Shown here: positions 1-8,883 of the stretch, piece after piece
Numbering within the stretch: the stretch's first letter is position 1
Layout: every line of letters begins with the position of its first letter
Program-made: the position numbers and the translations under genes
The notes under the pieces: generated by a model
Databases searched by the model: none
What the model saw: only the letters and a program-made list of their open reading frames with translations
What the model was told of the DNA's origin: nothing
Source: Pseudoalteromonas translucida KMM 520
GTDB taxonomy: Bacteria > Pseudomonadota > Gammaproteobacteria > Enterobacterales > Alteromonadaceae
Assembly (NCBI RefSeq): GCF_001465295.1
Contig: NZ_CP011034.1
Span: forward strand, 1,560,001-1,592,000
Direction of reading: 5' to 3'
DNA length: 32,000 bases

Positions 1-189
1 CTCATGAAAATGAGGGGGGACTTTAAAAAAACCAATTAAAACAACAGCAAACTCTCACTTTATATTTTGCATAAAATACAGTAATAAATTGAACCAAAAT
101 AGGAACTCGGCTATGGTTTGTTTATTAATAAAAACAAATAAAAAACGAGTTTATTTACAGGCTCGTTATGTGAAAAGGGATTTTTAATA

Positions 190-486
190 ATGGCACTTTT
201 TTATATTTCACTCGGAGCCGTTTTCTTTTTAATTGCTATAGCTTGGTTTGGGTTTGTAGCTTTATATTCCCAAGTAGAGAATTCAGGATTCGGTTTTGGT
301 TTTATTATGGGGGTATTTCCTGCGTTACTTAGCATGTTGCTTATAGTGCCTAGTACGCTGTATAGAACTGTTTTTGTATTTACACAAAAGCCAAAACAAA
401 CAATGAAAGCTAAAGTTACTTTAGTAATTGGGCTGCTAATCACCTTACTTTATAGTGGTGCCATTATTAAGTTAGCTTTCACATAA
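190..486 (+). CDS. hypothetical small integral membrane protein (98 aa)
   Basis: ATG preceded by AAGGGA about 9 nt upstream. The translation is strongly hydrophobic with about 3 TM-like segments. No family recognised. The antisense ORF 201..443 is treated as a shadow. Confidence 0.4.
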   Translation: MALFYISLGAVFFLIAIAWFGFVALYSQVENSGFGFGFIMGVFPALLSMLLIVPSTLYRTVFVFTQKPKQTMKAKVTLVIGLLITLLYSGAIIKLAFT

Positions 487-502
487 CAACATGCAATATT
501 AG

Positions 503-1120
503 TTACTTAGCGGGTTCTAATAAACTAAACACAGGTAAGCGCCATTTAAAGCGTACCGATGCCATACGTATTAAGTACCCTGTAACTAAGCTAACAATAA
601 TGCTTATATTGTCATCAATATTATAGTGATGTAGTGCTAGGTATAAACACGCCACGATAAGTGAAACGCTGGCATACAGCTCGTGGTGTAATACCAATGG
701 CGCTTGACGACATATTAAATCACGTAACAAGCCACCAAATACGCCAGTAACTATGGCTGCAACTACGCAAATGCCATAGTGTAAACCCATGTTTAGCCCA
801 ACTTGGCAGCCAATAATACTAAAAGCAGCTAGGCCAAGGGCATCTAAGCGCATAAATATGCCTTTAAACTTAACTACCCATTTAGCCAACCAAGTGGTGA
901 TAATGCCGGCCATACAGGTAATTAATAAATATTCTGGATGTTGTACCCACGTAAGTGGGTAATTACCTAGTAAAATATCTCGAACGCTACCACCACCTAT
1001 GGCGGTGGCACTGGCTACCAAGCTAACGCCAAACCAGTCCATTTTCATTCGGCCAGCACTTAGCGCTCCGGTCATGGCTTCTGCTGTAATACCAATAATA
1101 TAAACAATAGTTAATAGCAT
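503..1120 (-). CDS. trimeric intracellular cation channel (TRIC) / UPF0126 (YadS/YicG-like) family membrane protein
   Basis: 205-aa polytopic protein with two internal repeats. Each repeat carries the Gly-rich motif typical of UPF0126 domains (AIGGGSVRDILLG and GVFGGLLRDLI). Confidence 0.8.
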   Translation of the reverse strand: MLLTIVYIIGITAEAMTGALSAGRMKMDWFGVSLVASATAIGGGSVRDILLGNYPLTWVQHPEYLLITCMAGIITTWLAKWVVKFKGIFMRLDALGLAAFSIIGCQVGLNMGLHYGICVVAAIVTGVFGGLLRDLICRQAPLVLHHELYASVSLIVACLYLALHHYNIDDNISIIVSLVTGYLIRMASVRFKWRLPVFSLLEPAK

Positions 1121-1413
1121 GAGATAGTCACTTGAAATTTACACATATAATAAAGGCGTGATTGTATAGATAAAACAGTAAAATAACGAGTGAGAAATCA
1201 CGCTAAAAACGCTTACTTCAGATAAGAAAAACTAATACGAAACTTGTGCGTAAATAGGCTGTTAAATTGGGGTGAACCTTTGGGTTGGATGTAAAAGGTG
1301 AAGGACAATAGGCCGGAAATAATAAAATAAGTTACTTTGAATTTTAAGCCGTTTTTGTCCTATAACCACTTTATATAGTAGGGAGTTATTTAAAAGCAAT
1401 GTAATGCAGGCTG

Positions 1414-2436
1414 TTAACTTGAGCCTCGGGCAATTAATATTGGAGGGAGTAGGGTGCTTTGTACTGCTTCGCCTCGAATTAGTTTTAATAGGTTTTCTAC
1501 CAGCATTTGTCCGGCTATAGTGGTGTTTTGCTCTACTGTGGTTAAAGGTGGGTTGGTATAGCTGGCAATGGCGATGTTATCGAAACCTATTACGGCAACA
1601 TCTTTCGGTACGCTAATACCGGCTTCTTTGAGTGCGCGTATTGCACCAATGGCAATTAAATCGCTGGCTGCAAAGAGTGCATTAAATTTTATGTTATTGG
1701 CTATTAGTGAGCGAGTGGCATGATACCCCGACTCTTCAGTCGATATTGCATTTGCTGTTTTACGTTTGTTTAAGGTTACGTTATTGGCGCTTAGTTCATC
1801 TTTAAAACCTTGAAATCGGGCAAAAAACTCAGGGCTATGATCCGATGCGTCGCCTATAAACGCGCAGTCGGTTCTGTTGCGTGCAATTAAATGCGCTGCA
1901 GCTAGTTTTCCGCCACCATAATTGTCGCAGCACACAGTCAGGTCGGGGCGATTGTCGACCGTTGCCCCCCAACAAACAAACTTGGTGTTTTGTTCAAGCA
2001 GGGTGTTAAATTTAGGCTGGTAATCTAAGTAATCACCATAACCGAGTAAAATAATCCCATCGGCGCGATGGCTATCTTCGTAGTCGGCTTGCCAATCGGC
2101 ACTGGCCGATTGAAACGACACCAGTAAATCGTAACCTTCTTTAGCACAAGCGCGGGTAATACTGCCTAGCATGGCTAAAAAAAACGGGTTTATTTGCGAT
2201 TCATCAGAGGTTGGATCTTCAAACAATAATAGCGCTAAGGTGCTACTTTGTTGGGTACGTAAATTACTGGCGTTTTTGTCGACTTTATAGTTGAGCTTTT
2301 TAGCTATATCGAAAACGCGCTTACGGGTTTCTTCGTTTACCAAGGGGCTGTTACGTAAAGCACGAGACACAGTTGATTGCGACACTCCAGCATAATGGGC
2401 TATATCAAATGACGTGGCTTTACCTTTCATGAGCAC
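1414..2436 (-). CDS. LacI-family transcriptional regulator (sugar-binding repressor)
   Basis: N-terminal LacI/PurR HTH (FDIAHYAGVSQSTVSRALRN) and a C-terminal periplasmic-binding-protein-like fold (VAVIGFDNI, TTVEQ). The start may be the ATG at 2430 (MKGK...). It lies divergent from glk. Confidence 0.85.
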   Translation of the reverse strand: MLMKGKATSFDIAHYAGVSQSTVSRALRNSPLVNEETRKRVFDIAKKLNYKVDKNASNLRTQQSSTLALLLFEDPTSDESQINPFFLAMLGSITRACAKEGYDLLVSFQSASADWQADYEDSHRADGIILLGYGDYLDYQPKFNTLLEQNTKFVCWGATVDNRPDLTVCCDNYGGGKLAAAHLIARNRTDCAFIGDASDHSPEFFARFQGFKDELSANNVTLNKRKTANAISTEESGYHATRSLIANNIKFNALFAASDLIAIGAIRALKEAGISVPKDVAVIGFDNIAIASYTNPPLTTVEQNTTIAGQMLVENLLKLIRGEAVQSTLLPPILIARGSS

Positions 2437-2522
2437 TACTTAATTACAAAGAGAATAATACAGCCATTCTCGTTTATTAATGATTTATTTCAAGCTAATT
2501 TATCAATAAAGCACTTTTTTAG

Positions 2523-2552
2523 TTGATCTACCCATGACACCGGTGTCATAAT
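2523..2552 (+). promoter_or_regulatory. putative sigma70 promoter TTGATC-N18-CATAAT with the LacI-type operator in its spacer/-10
   Basis: TTGATC at 2523..2528 and CATAAT at 2547..2552, read directly. AT-rich DNA yields such matches by chance, so confidence is low. Confidence 0.3.
2534..2549. promoter_or_regulatory. 16-bp perfect palindrome ATGACACCGGTGTCAT, candidate LacI-family operator
   Basis: Perfect dyad centred on CCGG, in the divergent intergenic region between the LacI-type gene and glk. The same 14-bp core recurs twice upstream of edd. Confidence 0.65.
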
Positions 2553-2588
2553 GTGGGCGTTTTATCATTTTGTTGTCAAAACGTATTG

Positions 2589-2620
2589 GCTGCCTATATT
2601 TTTATAGGCAGCATTTTTTT
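2589..2620 (+). terminator. orphan Rho-independent terminator-like hairpin
   Basis: 9-bp stem GCTGCCTAT / ATAGGCAGC with a 6-nt loop, followed by A + TTTTTTT (2614..2620). No annotated + strand gene lies upstream of it. Confidence 0.5.
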
Positions 2621-2898
2621 ACTGTGATAGCTGCTTTGGGGTGATAGCCTAAAGTAATAAAAAAGAACAATGGGTTAACCGTTGTAAAATAATAAGCATG
2701 AATCGCTTATACTAATTGTATTAAAGAGTGGACTATTATAAGCGCAAAAAAATAGCGCCAAAAAATGATTTAATCACAAGGCGAAAGTAATTATATAAGT
2801 TGCTTTATATGAATTGTTTTTAACGCAGTGAGTAAATATTTTTAGCTAAAATGTTCGTGTTTTTAATAAGGTTAGTATTATACAAAAGAGATAACACT

Positions 2899-3897
2899 AT
2901 GAGCTTACACTCTTCTGCCCAATTTGATCCTATTTTAGTTGCCGACATTGGTGGTACCAATGCGCGTTTTGCACTAATTACTGCCTTCGATGCAGTAAAA
3001 AACGAATTTGTTATAGAATATAATCATACCTTTCCTAGCGCCGATTTTGGCTCGTTACAAAATGCAACACGCCATTATTTATCAACTGTGCCTCATATTA
3101 AACCTGTGCGCGCGTGTTTGGCGGTGGCAGGCCCTATAAAAGCAGGGCAGGTTCATCTTACTAATTTAGGTTGGCATTTTAGCGTTAGTGAGTTTAAACA
3201 GGCTTTTTCTTTTTCGCAGCTTGAAATTATTAACGACTTTGCTGCATTTGCCTACGCAGCCCCTTATTTAGATAGCAAGCAAAATGTGGTTATTAAAGCA
3301 GGCCAAGCCGATGAAAACTCTAACATTGCTGTTATGGGGCCAGGTACCGGATTTGGTGCAGCTTGCCTAGTTAGAACAGCGCAGTCTAGTGCGGTGCTTA
3401 GCTCTGAAGGCGGGCATATTTCACTGGCTGCCGTTACCGATTTAGATGCAAAGTTACTTATAGAATTACGCAAAGACCATCCACATGTGTCTTTAGAAAC
3501 TGTTTTTTCAGGCCCGGGTATTGCCCATTTGTATAAAGCGATGGCGGCGGTTAATGGTATTACTGCTAAGCATTTGGATGCCGCGCAAATTAGTAATTTA
3601 GCCAATACCGGCGAGTGTGAAGTGTGTGATGCAACGCTAAACCAGTTTTGTGACTGGCTTGGTAGTGCCGCAGGCGATTTAGCATTAGCTTATGGTGCGT
3701 TGGGCGGTTTATTTATTGGCGGTGGTATATTGCCACGCATGCAATCGCGCTTGTTAGAGAGTCGTTTTGTTGAACGTTTTTCACAAAAAGGTATTATGTC
3801 GCAATATAACGGGCAAGTTCCTGTTACGCTAGTAACCCAAGATAATATACCTTTGATTGGCGCTGCGGCGTGTTTGCATAATAGTAAGCAGGAATAA
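2899..3897 (+). CDS. glk: glucokinase
   Basis: Glk-family motifs LVADIGGTNARFAL (ATP binding), MGPGTGFG, SEGGH and GGGI. I moved the start from the track's 2851 to the ATG at 2899 (MSLHSS...), because the 16 upstream residues are an unconserved hydrophobic extension. Confidence 0.9.
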   Translation: MSLHSSAQFDPILVADIGGTNARFALITAFDAVKNEFVIEYNHTFPSADFGSLQNATRHYLSTVPHIKPVRACLAVAGPIKAGQVHLTNLGWHFSVSEFKQAFSFSQLEIINDFAAFAYAAPYLDSKQNVVIKAGQADENSNIAVMGPGTGFGAACLVRTAQSSAVLSSEGGHISLAAVTDLDAKLLIELRKDHPHVSLETVFSGPGIAHLYKAMAAVNGITAKHLDAAQISNLANTGECEVCDATLNQFCDWLGSAAGDLALAYGALGGLFIGGGILPRMQSRLLESRFVERFSQKGIMSQYNGQVPVTLVTQDNIPLIGAAACLHNSKQE

Positions 3898-3923
3898 TGC
3901 TGCTGGTATTTGGAAGTAAATAG

Positions 3924-4937
3924 ATGAAAAAAGTCACCATAAATAGTGTAGCGAGTTATGCGGGGGTTTCTAAAAAAACAGTCTCTCGGGTGTTAAATAA
4001 CGAGCCAAATGTAAGTGCAGCTACCCGCGAAAAGGTACTTAAAGTATTTAAAGAGCTTGATTATACGCCTAATCCTATTGCCCGTGGTCTTGCTCAAAAT
4101 CGCAGTTTTATTATTGGTTGTATTTACGATAATCCAAGTAAAAGTTATATTACCCGCGTGCAAACAGGCGCATTAGCTGCCTGCCAAGAAAACAATTACA
4201 ATTTATTAATACATCCTTGTGAGCTGCGCGGCGAAGCACTAATTAATAATATTGATCAGTTACTGCAGTCATCACGCTTAGATGGCATTGTATTAACGCC
4301 GCCTTTTTCGGACTTTGCTGAACTAGTTGATTTTTTAAAATCGAAACAAATACCTTATGCGCGCGTTGCCTCTGCAGTACTTGAAGATGATTCTATTTCG
4401 GTGCGTAGCAATGACGAGCAAGGAGCATTTGAAATAACCGAGCATTTAATTACACTGGGTCATAAATCAATTGCTTTTATTAAAGGTCATCCCGATCACA
4501 GTGCTACTGAGCAGCGTTTTAAAGGCTACCGACGTGCGTTAGCAAGCCATGGTATTGAATTTGAAGAGCGTTTAGTAGAAGAGGGTAACTTTAGTTATCA
4601 TTCAGGGGTAGACAGCGCCCGTAGTATTTTAGATTTATCGCCACGGCCAACCGCAGTATTTGCTTCAAACGATTACATGGCAGCCGCCGCACTTAAATTA
4701 GCAACTCAACGCAGCTTACGTGTGCCCGATGATATTTCAATTGCTGGTTTTGATAACGCGCCTATAGCACGCCACATTTGGCCTGGGCTAACCACCATAG
4801 CGCAGCCAGTTGAAGAAATGACCAAACAAGCAGTTACTCAGCTTATTGCTCATATTATTCAGCCACAAGAGGTTGCGTATCAGGTGACCTTAGAGGCGCG
4901 TTTAATTACTCGCGAGTCGACGGCGCAGGTTAAATAA
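3924..4937 (+). CDS. LacI-family transcriptional regulator (GntR/PtxS-like)
   Basis: HTH INSVASYAGVSKKTVSRVLNNEPNVS plus a sugar-binding core (ISIAGFDN, LTTIAQP). It sits between glk and edd. Confidence 0.85.
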   Translation: MKKVTINSVASYAGVSKKTVSRVLNNEPNVSAATREKVLKVFKELDYTPNPIARGLAQNRSFIIGCIYDNPSKSYITRVQTGALAACQENNYNLLIHPCELRGEALINNIDQLLQSSRLDGIVLTPPFSDFAELVDFLKSKQIPYARVASAVLEDDSISVRSNDEQGAFEITEHLITLGHKSIAFIKGHPDHSATEQRFKGYRRALASHGIEFEERLVEEGNFSYHSGVDSARSILDLSPRPTAVFASNDYMAAAALKLATQRSLRVPDDISIAGFDNAPIARHIWPGLTTIAQPVEEMTKQAVTQLIAHIIQPQEVAYQVTLEARLITRESTAQVK

Positions 4938-5104
4938 ACTCAATTTAAAACAAATGTTTACAGTAGCCCGAATGTGCACAAAGCATATTCGGGCTTTTTG
5001 TTGGCTGTTGTTAAATATAACGATGCCGTACAACATTATTAAATGACTATTTATAAAAAATAGTTGGCTATGTTAAAAAAAGTGACTATTTTTATTAGAC
5101 AGGG

Positions 5105-5134
5105 TTGACACCGGTGTCATGGTCGTGCGTTAAT
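5105..5134 (+). promoter_or_regulatory. putative edd promoter TTGACA-N18-GTTAAT
   Basis: Perfect -35 hexamer at 5105..5110 and a 4/6 -10 match at 5129..5134. The promoter is overlapped and flanked by the two palindromic operators. Confidence 0.4.
5106..5119. promoter_or_regulatory. operator O1: 14-bp palindrome TGACACCGGTGTCA overlapping the -35
   Basis: Perfect dyad read directly; identical core to 2534..2549. Confidence 0.65.
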
Positions 5135-5138
5135 ACAG

Positions 5139-5152
5139 TGACACCGGTGTCA
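5139..5152. promoter_or_regulatory. operator O2: 14-bp palindrome TGACACCGGTGTCA
   Basis: Perfect dyad with its centre 33 bp (about 3 helical turns) from O1. It lies just downstream of the candidate -10. Confidence 0.65.
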
Positions 5153-5285
5153 GGGTGGTTGTGAGAGGCCCTCTGATAAGGTACCTTTGAACGGGTAAGC
5201 CAAAGATGCTCAGTGCAATTAATTACGTGGAGTCTTTAATTGCCACTGAGCCTTTATCCTCTAACGAATAGAGCTGAGTTTAATT

Positions 5286-7139
5286 ATGTTGCATCCACGA
5301 ATTCAAGAAGTCACCGAACGTATCATTACGCGCAGTAAAGCAACCCGCCAAGCTTATTTAGATCGCATTTCGCACGCAAAAAAACAAACAAGAGTTCGTG
5401 CTGGATTAGGTTGCGGTAATATTGCCCACGTTATGGCTGCGTGTAGCACCGATGATAAAGCGCGTTTAAAAGCCGATGAGCAACCAAACCTTGCAATTAT
5501 CAATTCATATAACGATATGCTTTCGGCACATGTGCCTTATAAAGATTACCCAGATTTAATTAAAAGCATTGCTACTAAATACGACGCTACAGCCCAAGTG
5601 GCAGGCGGCGTACCAGCAATGTGTGATGGCGTTACGCAAGGGCGTGATGGCATGGAATTATCACTTTTTTCACGCGATGTAATTGCTATGTCTACGGCAA
5701 TATCGTTATCGCACGATGTGTTTGATGGCGTTTTTTGTTTAGGCGTATGCGACAAAATAGTCCCAGGGTTATTAATTGGCGCACTGTCGTTTGGCCATTT
5801 ACCGGTGTTCTTTTTACCGGCAGGACCAATGCAGTCAGGCATTCCAAATAAAGAAAAAGCCCGTATTCGTCAAAAGTTTGCGCAAGGTTTAGTAAGCCGC
5901 GAAGACTTGCTAGAAGCCGAAAGCGCGTCTTACCACAGTGCTGGTACCTGTACTTTTTACGGTACTGCTAACTCTAATCAAATGTTAATGGAAATAATGG
6001 GCTTGCACCTTCCGGGTAGCTCGTTTATTAACCCATATACAGAGCTTCGCGATGGTTTAACCGGTAATGCGGTAGAAACCATGCTTAAGCAATTAACCGA
6101 CGATAAAGACAGCCCGTGTTTGGCAGACGTGATCAGCGAAAAAACCATAGTAAATGGTTTAGTTGGTTTGCTATCTACCGGTGGCTCTACTAACCACGCC
6201 ATCCACATTGTGGCTATTGCCAAAGCGGCAGGTATTCAAATAACGTGGAAAGATATGTCTGATTTATCAGCTGAGGTTCCACTATTAACGCGTATTTACC
6301 CTAATGGTTCTGCTGATGTAAATCATTTTCAAGCAGCCGGTGGTATGGGCTTTTTAATGCGTGAACTTGCCAGCGCAGGCTACTTACATATCGACGTTAA
6401 AACTATGCTAGGCGATGGTTTAGCACCCTACATGACCGAGCCTCGTCTTGATAAAGACAATAGCTTAATAATGAGTGATGCAACCGGCCCGAGCAAAATT
6501 AAATGGGTAGCTTGCCCTGATAACTCACACGATGAAGATGTACTTCGCCCAGTGAGTAATCCGTTTAGTAAGCAAGGTGGTTTACAACTGCTTACAGGTA
6601 ACTTAGGCAAAGCGGTTATTAAAGTATCGGCAGTAGCAATTGAACACCAAGTAGTTACCGCCCCAGCTAAAGTATTTAGCTCGCAAGGTGAATTACAAGA
6701 TGCTTATAGCCGCGGCGAACTAAACCAAGACTTTATTGCAGTGCTAAAAGAGCAAGGCCCTAAAGCTAAAGGTATGCCAGAGCTACATAAATTAACGCCT
6801 GTAATGGCAACGCTACAAGATCAAGGCTTTAAAGTGGCTATTGTAACTGACGGTCGTATGTCGGGCGCATCGGGTAAAGTACCTGCGGCGATTCACTTAG
6901 CGCCAGAGGCAGTTGAAGGCGGCATAATTGCTAAAATTCATGAAGGTGATTTAGTTACTTTAGATGCGCCAAACGGCATATTAAAAGTACATGTTAGCGA
7001 TGAAGAGCTTGCTAAACGTGAACTGCAATTAAGCCTACCAAGCTTAACCTTTGGTACAGGCCGAGAGTTATTTACCGGATTTAGAAATATCGTAAGTAGC
7101 GCCGATTTAGGTGCGAGTGCTTTCGGAATTGAAGAATAG
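5286..7139 (+). CDS. edd: phosphogluconate dehydratase (Entner-Doudoroff)
   Basis: 617 aa, colinear with E. coli Edd as I recall it: SYNDMLSAH, GGVPAMCDGVTQG, LGVCDKIVPG, GTCTFYGTANSNQ, TDGRMSGASG. Confidence 0.95.
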   Translation: MLHPRIQEVTERIITRSKATRQAYLDRISHAKKQTRVRAGLGCGNIAHVMAACSTDDKARLKADEQPNLAIINSYNDMLSAHVPYKDYPDLIKSIATKYDATAQVAGGVPAMCDGVTQGRDGMELSLFSRDVIAMSTAISLSHDVFDGVFCLGVCDKIVPGLLIGALSFGHLPVFFLPAGPMQSGIPNKEKARIRQKFAQGLVSREDLLEAESASYHSAGTCTFYGTANSNQMLMEIMGLHLPGSSFINPYTELRDGLTGNAVETMLKQLTDDKDSPCLADVISEKTIVNGLVGLLSTGGSTNHAIHIVAIAKAAGIQITWKDMSDLSAEVPLLTRIYPNGSADVNHFQAAGGMGFLMRELASAGYLHIDVKTMLGDGLAPYMTEPRLDKDNSLIMSDATGPSKIKWVACPDNSHDEDVLRPVSNPFSKQGGLQLLTGNLGKAVIKVSAVAIEHQVVTAPAKVFSSQGELQDAYSRGELNQDFIAVLKEQGPKAKGMPELHKLTPVMATLQDQGFKVAIVTDGRMSGASGKVPAAIHLAPEAVEGGIIAKIHEGDLVTLDAPNGILKVHVSDEELAKRELQLSLPSLTFGTGRELFTGFRNIVSSADLGASAFGIEE

Positions 7140-7169
7140 TCAGCCATTGTGGGTAATGAGGAACACGTA

Positions 7170-7802
7170 ATGAGTATTGAAAAAATATTAGCATCGGCGC
7201 CAGTTGTGCCAGTAGTGGTAATCGAAAAATTAGAAGATGCAGCGCCACTTGCTAGAGCCTTATATAACGGTGGCTTAAAAGCGCTGGAAATTACTTTGCG
7301 CACGCCCATTGCGGCAGAAGCAGTAAAACTAATGAAAGCAGCCGTACCTGAGGCCTATGTAGGCACAGGCACGGTAGTTGATAAAGCCAGCTTTGATGCT
7401 TCACTAGCTGCAGGCGCTGACTTTATGGTAAGCCCAGGGGTTAGTGACGAGCTACTTGAACTGATAAAAACCAGCGACATTCCGTTTTTACCAGGCGCTG
7501 CTACGCCAAGCGAAGTTATGAAACTAGCGTCGCACGGTTTTAAGTATTTAAAGTTTTTTCCGGCAGAAGCAGCAGGCGGAACCGCCATGCTTAAATCAAT
7601 CGGTGGGCCATTACCCGATATTACTTTTTGCCCAACGGGCGGCATAACGCTCGCTACTGCACCTAACTACTTAGCACTAAATAATGTTATTTGTGTTGGT
7701 GGTACGTGGATGTTAGATAAACAACTAATTGAAAATAAAGACTGGCAAGCTATTGAAGCGCTTGCTCGACAAGCTTGTGAAGTAAATAGGAGTCAAAAAT
7801 GA
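7170..7802 (+). CDS. eda: 2-keto-3-deoxy-6-phosphogluconate (KDPG) aldolase
   Basis: Eda motifs [33 protein letters not shown] and FCPTGGI. I prefer the ATG at 7170 (GAGGA RBS upstream) over the track's GTG at 7149. Confidence 0.9.
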   Translation: MSIEKILASAPVVPVVVIEKLEDAAPLARALYNGGLKALEITLRTPIAAEAVKLMKAAVPEAYVGTGTVVDKASFDASLAAGADFMVSPGVSDELLELIKTSDIPFLPGAATPSEVMKLASHGFKYLKFFPAEAAGGTAMLKSIGGPLPDITFCPTGGITLATAPNYLALNNVICVGGTWMLDKQLIENKDWQAIEALARQACEVNRSQK

Positions 7803-8803
7803 TTAACGTAGCAATTAATGGCTATGGCCGTATAGGTCGCAATGTATTGCGTGCACTTTACGAGTCGGCACAAAATAATGAGATTAAAATTGTTGCAATT
7901 AACGATTTAGCCCCAGCTAATGTTAATGCTCATCTTACGCAATTTGACTCAGTACATGGACAATTTTCTCATAAAGTAACGCTAGCCGATAACACTATGC
8001 TAATTGGCGACGATGTTATTACTTTAACGCAAGAGCGCGACCCAGCAAATTTACCGTGGAAAGCACTCGATGTTGATATTGTTTTAGAGTGTACCGGTTT
8101 GTTTACTACGCGCGAAGCAGCCGCTAAGCATATTACTGCTGGCGCTAAAAAAGTAATTGTTTCGGCGCCGGGCAAAGATATGGATGCAACCGTAGTGCAT
8201 GGCGTTAACAGCGAAGTACTTAATGCACAAAGCCAAATTATTTCAAACGCTTCGTGTACTACTAACTGTTTAGCACCGATTGCTAAAGCAATTAACGACA
8301 CGGTAGGCATTGAGCAAGGTAGCATGACCACTATTCATGCATATACCAACGATCAAAACTTATCGGATGTATATCATCCTGATCTATACCGTGCACGTAG
8401 TGCAACGCAGTCGATGATCCCAACTAAAACCGGTGCAGCTGCAGCTGTTGGTTTAGTGCTACCAGAACTTGCAGGCAAGTTAGATGGTATGTCGGTACGT
8501 GTGCCTACAATTAACGTATCTTTGGTTGATTTTACGTTTATTGCTAAGCGCGATACCAGCATTGAAGAAATTAATGCAATTATGAAAGAAGCGTCAACGG
8601 GCTCAATGAAAGACATTTTACAATATAATGAGCTGCCACTTGTTTCTATTGATTTTAACCATAACCCAGCGTCTTGTGTGTTTGATTCAACGCAAACCAG
8701 AGCGAATGGTAAATTGGTTAAAGTAATGGCTTGGTACGATAACGAATGGGGTTTTTCAAACCGCATGTTAGATCAAGTTAAAGCGTTAGGTAAGTTTTTT
8801 TAA
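7799..8803 (+). CDS. gap: glyceraldehyde-3-phosphate dehydrogenase
   Basis: [14 protein letters not shown] (NAD binding), [12 protein letters not shown] (catalytic Cys) and [11 protein letters not shown]. Its start overlaps the eda stop (ATGA), which indicates translational coupling. Confidence 0.92.
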   Translation: MINVAINGYGRIGRNVLRALYESAQNNEIKIVAINDLAPANVNAHLTQFDSVHGQFSHKVTLADNTMLIGDDVITLTQERDPANLPWKALDVDIVLECTGLFTTREAAAKHITAGAKKVIVSAPGKDMDATVVHGVNSEVLNAQSQIISNASCTTNCLAPIAKAINDTVGIEQGSMTTIHAYTNDQNLSDVYHPDLYRARSATQSMIPTKTGAAAAVGLVLPELAGKLDGMSVRVPTINVSLVDFTFIAKRDTSIEEINAIMKEASTGSMKDILQYNELPLVSIDFNHNPASCVFDSTQTRANGKLVKVMAWYDNEWGFSNRMLDQVKALGKFF

Positions 8804-8831
8804 TCTGTGAGTAAATAACATTATTTACGTT

Positions 8832-8858
8832 AAAAACCACGCATTGCGTGGTTTTTTT
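8832..8858. terminator. bidirectional Rho-independent terminator between convergent gap and the LRR-kinase gene
   Basis: AAAAA-CCACGC-ATT-GCGTGG-TTTTTTT. The A-tract and T-tract flank a GC-rich stem. Confidence 0.75.
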
Positions 8859-8883
8859 GTGCCATTTATAAATTTACGACGTT

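Noticed and set aside
1-20. The window start (reverse complement TCCCCCCTCATTTTCATGAG) resembles CCCCCTCATTTTATT immediately left of REP A (19368..19382), hinting at another REP just outside the window
   Set aside because: Only about 11-12 nt match, and the putative REP would lie off-window. It cannot be evaluated.
2551-2607. 18-codon ORF (MWAFYHFVVKTYWLPIFL) ending inside the orphan terminator hairpin, considered as a leader peptide
   Set aside because: It has no convincing Shine-Dalgarno, and its ATG overlaps the predicted -10, so it would probably lie upstream of the TSS. No regulatory-codon logic is evident.
2851-2898. 16-codon N-terminal extension of glucokinase (MFVFLIRLVLYKRDNT)
   Set aside because: It is a hydrophobic, unconserved-looking extension with no RBS. 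The family N-terminus aligns well from the ATG at 2899.
5043-5095. Direct repeat TGACTATTT (x2) and a small palindrome ACTATT-N7-AATAGT upstream of the edd promoter, considered as an activator (CRP-like) site
   Set aside because: It does not match the TGTGA-N6-TCACA consensus. Short AT-rich repeats are common in this intergenic DNA.
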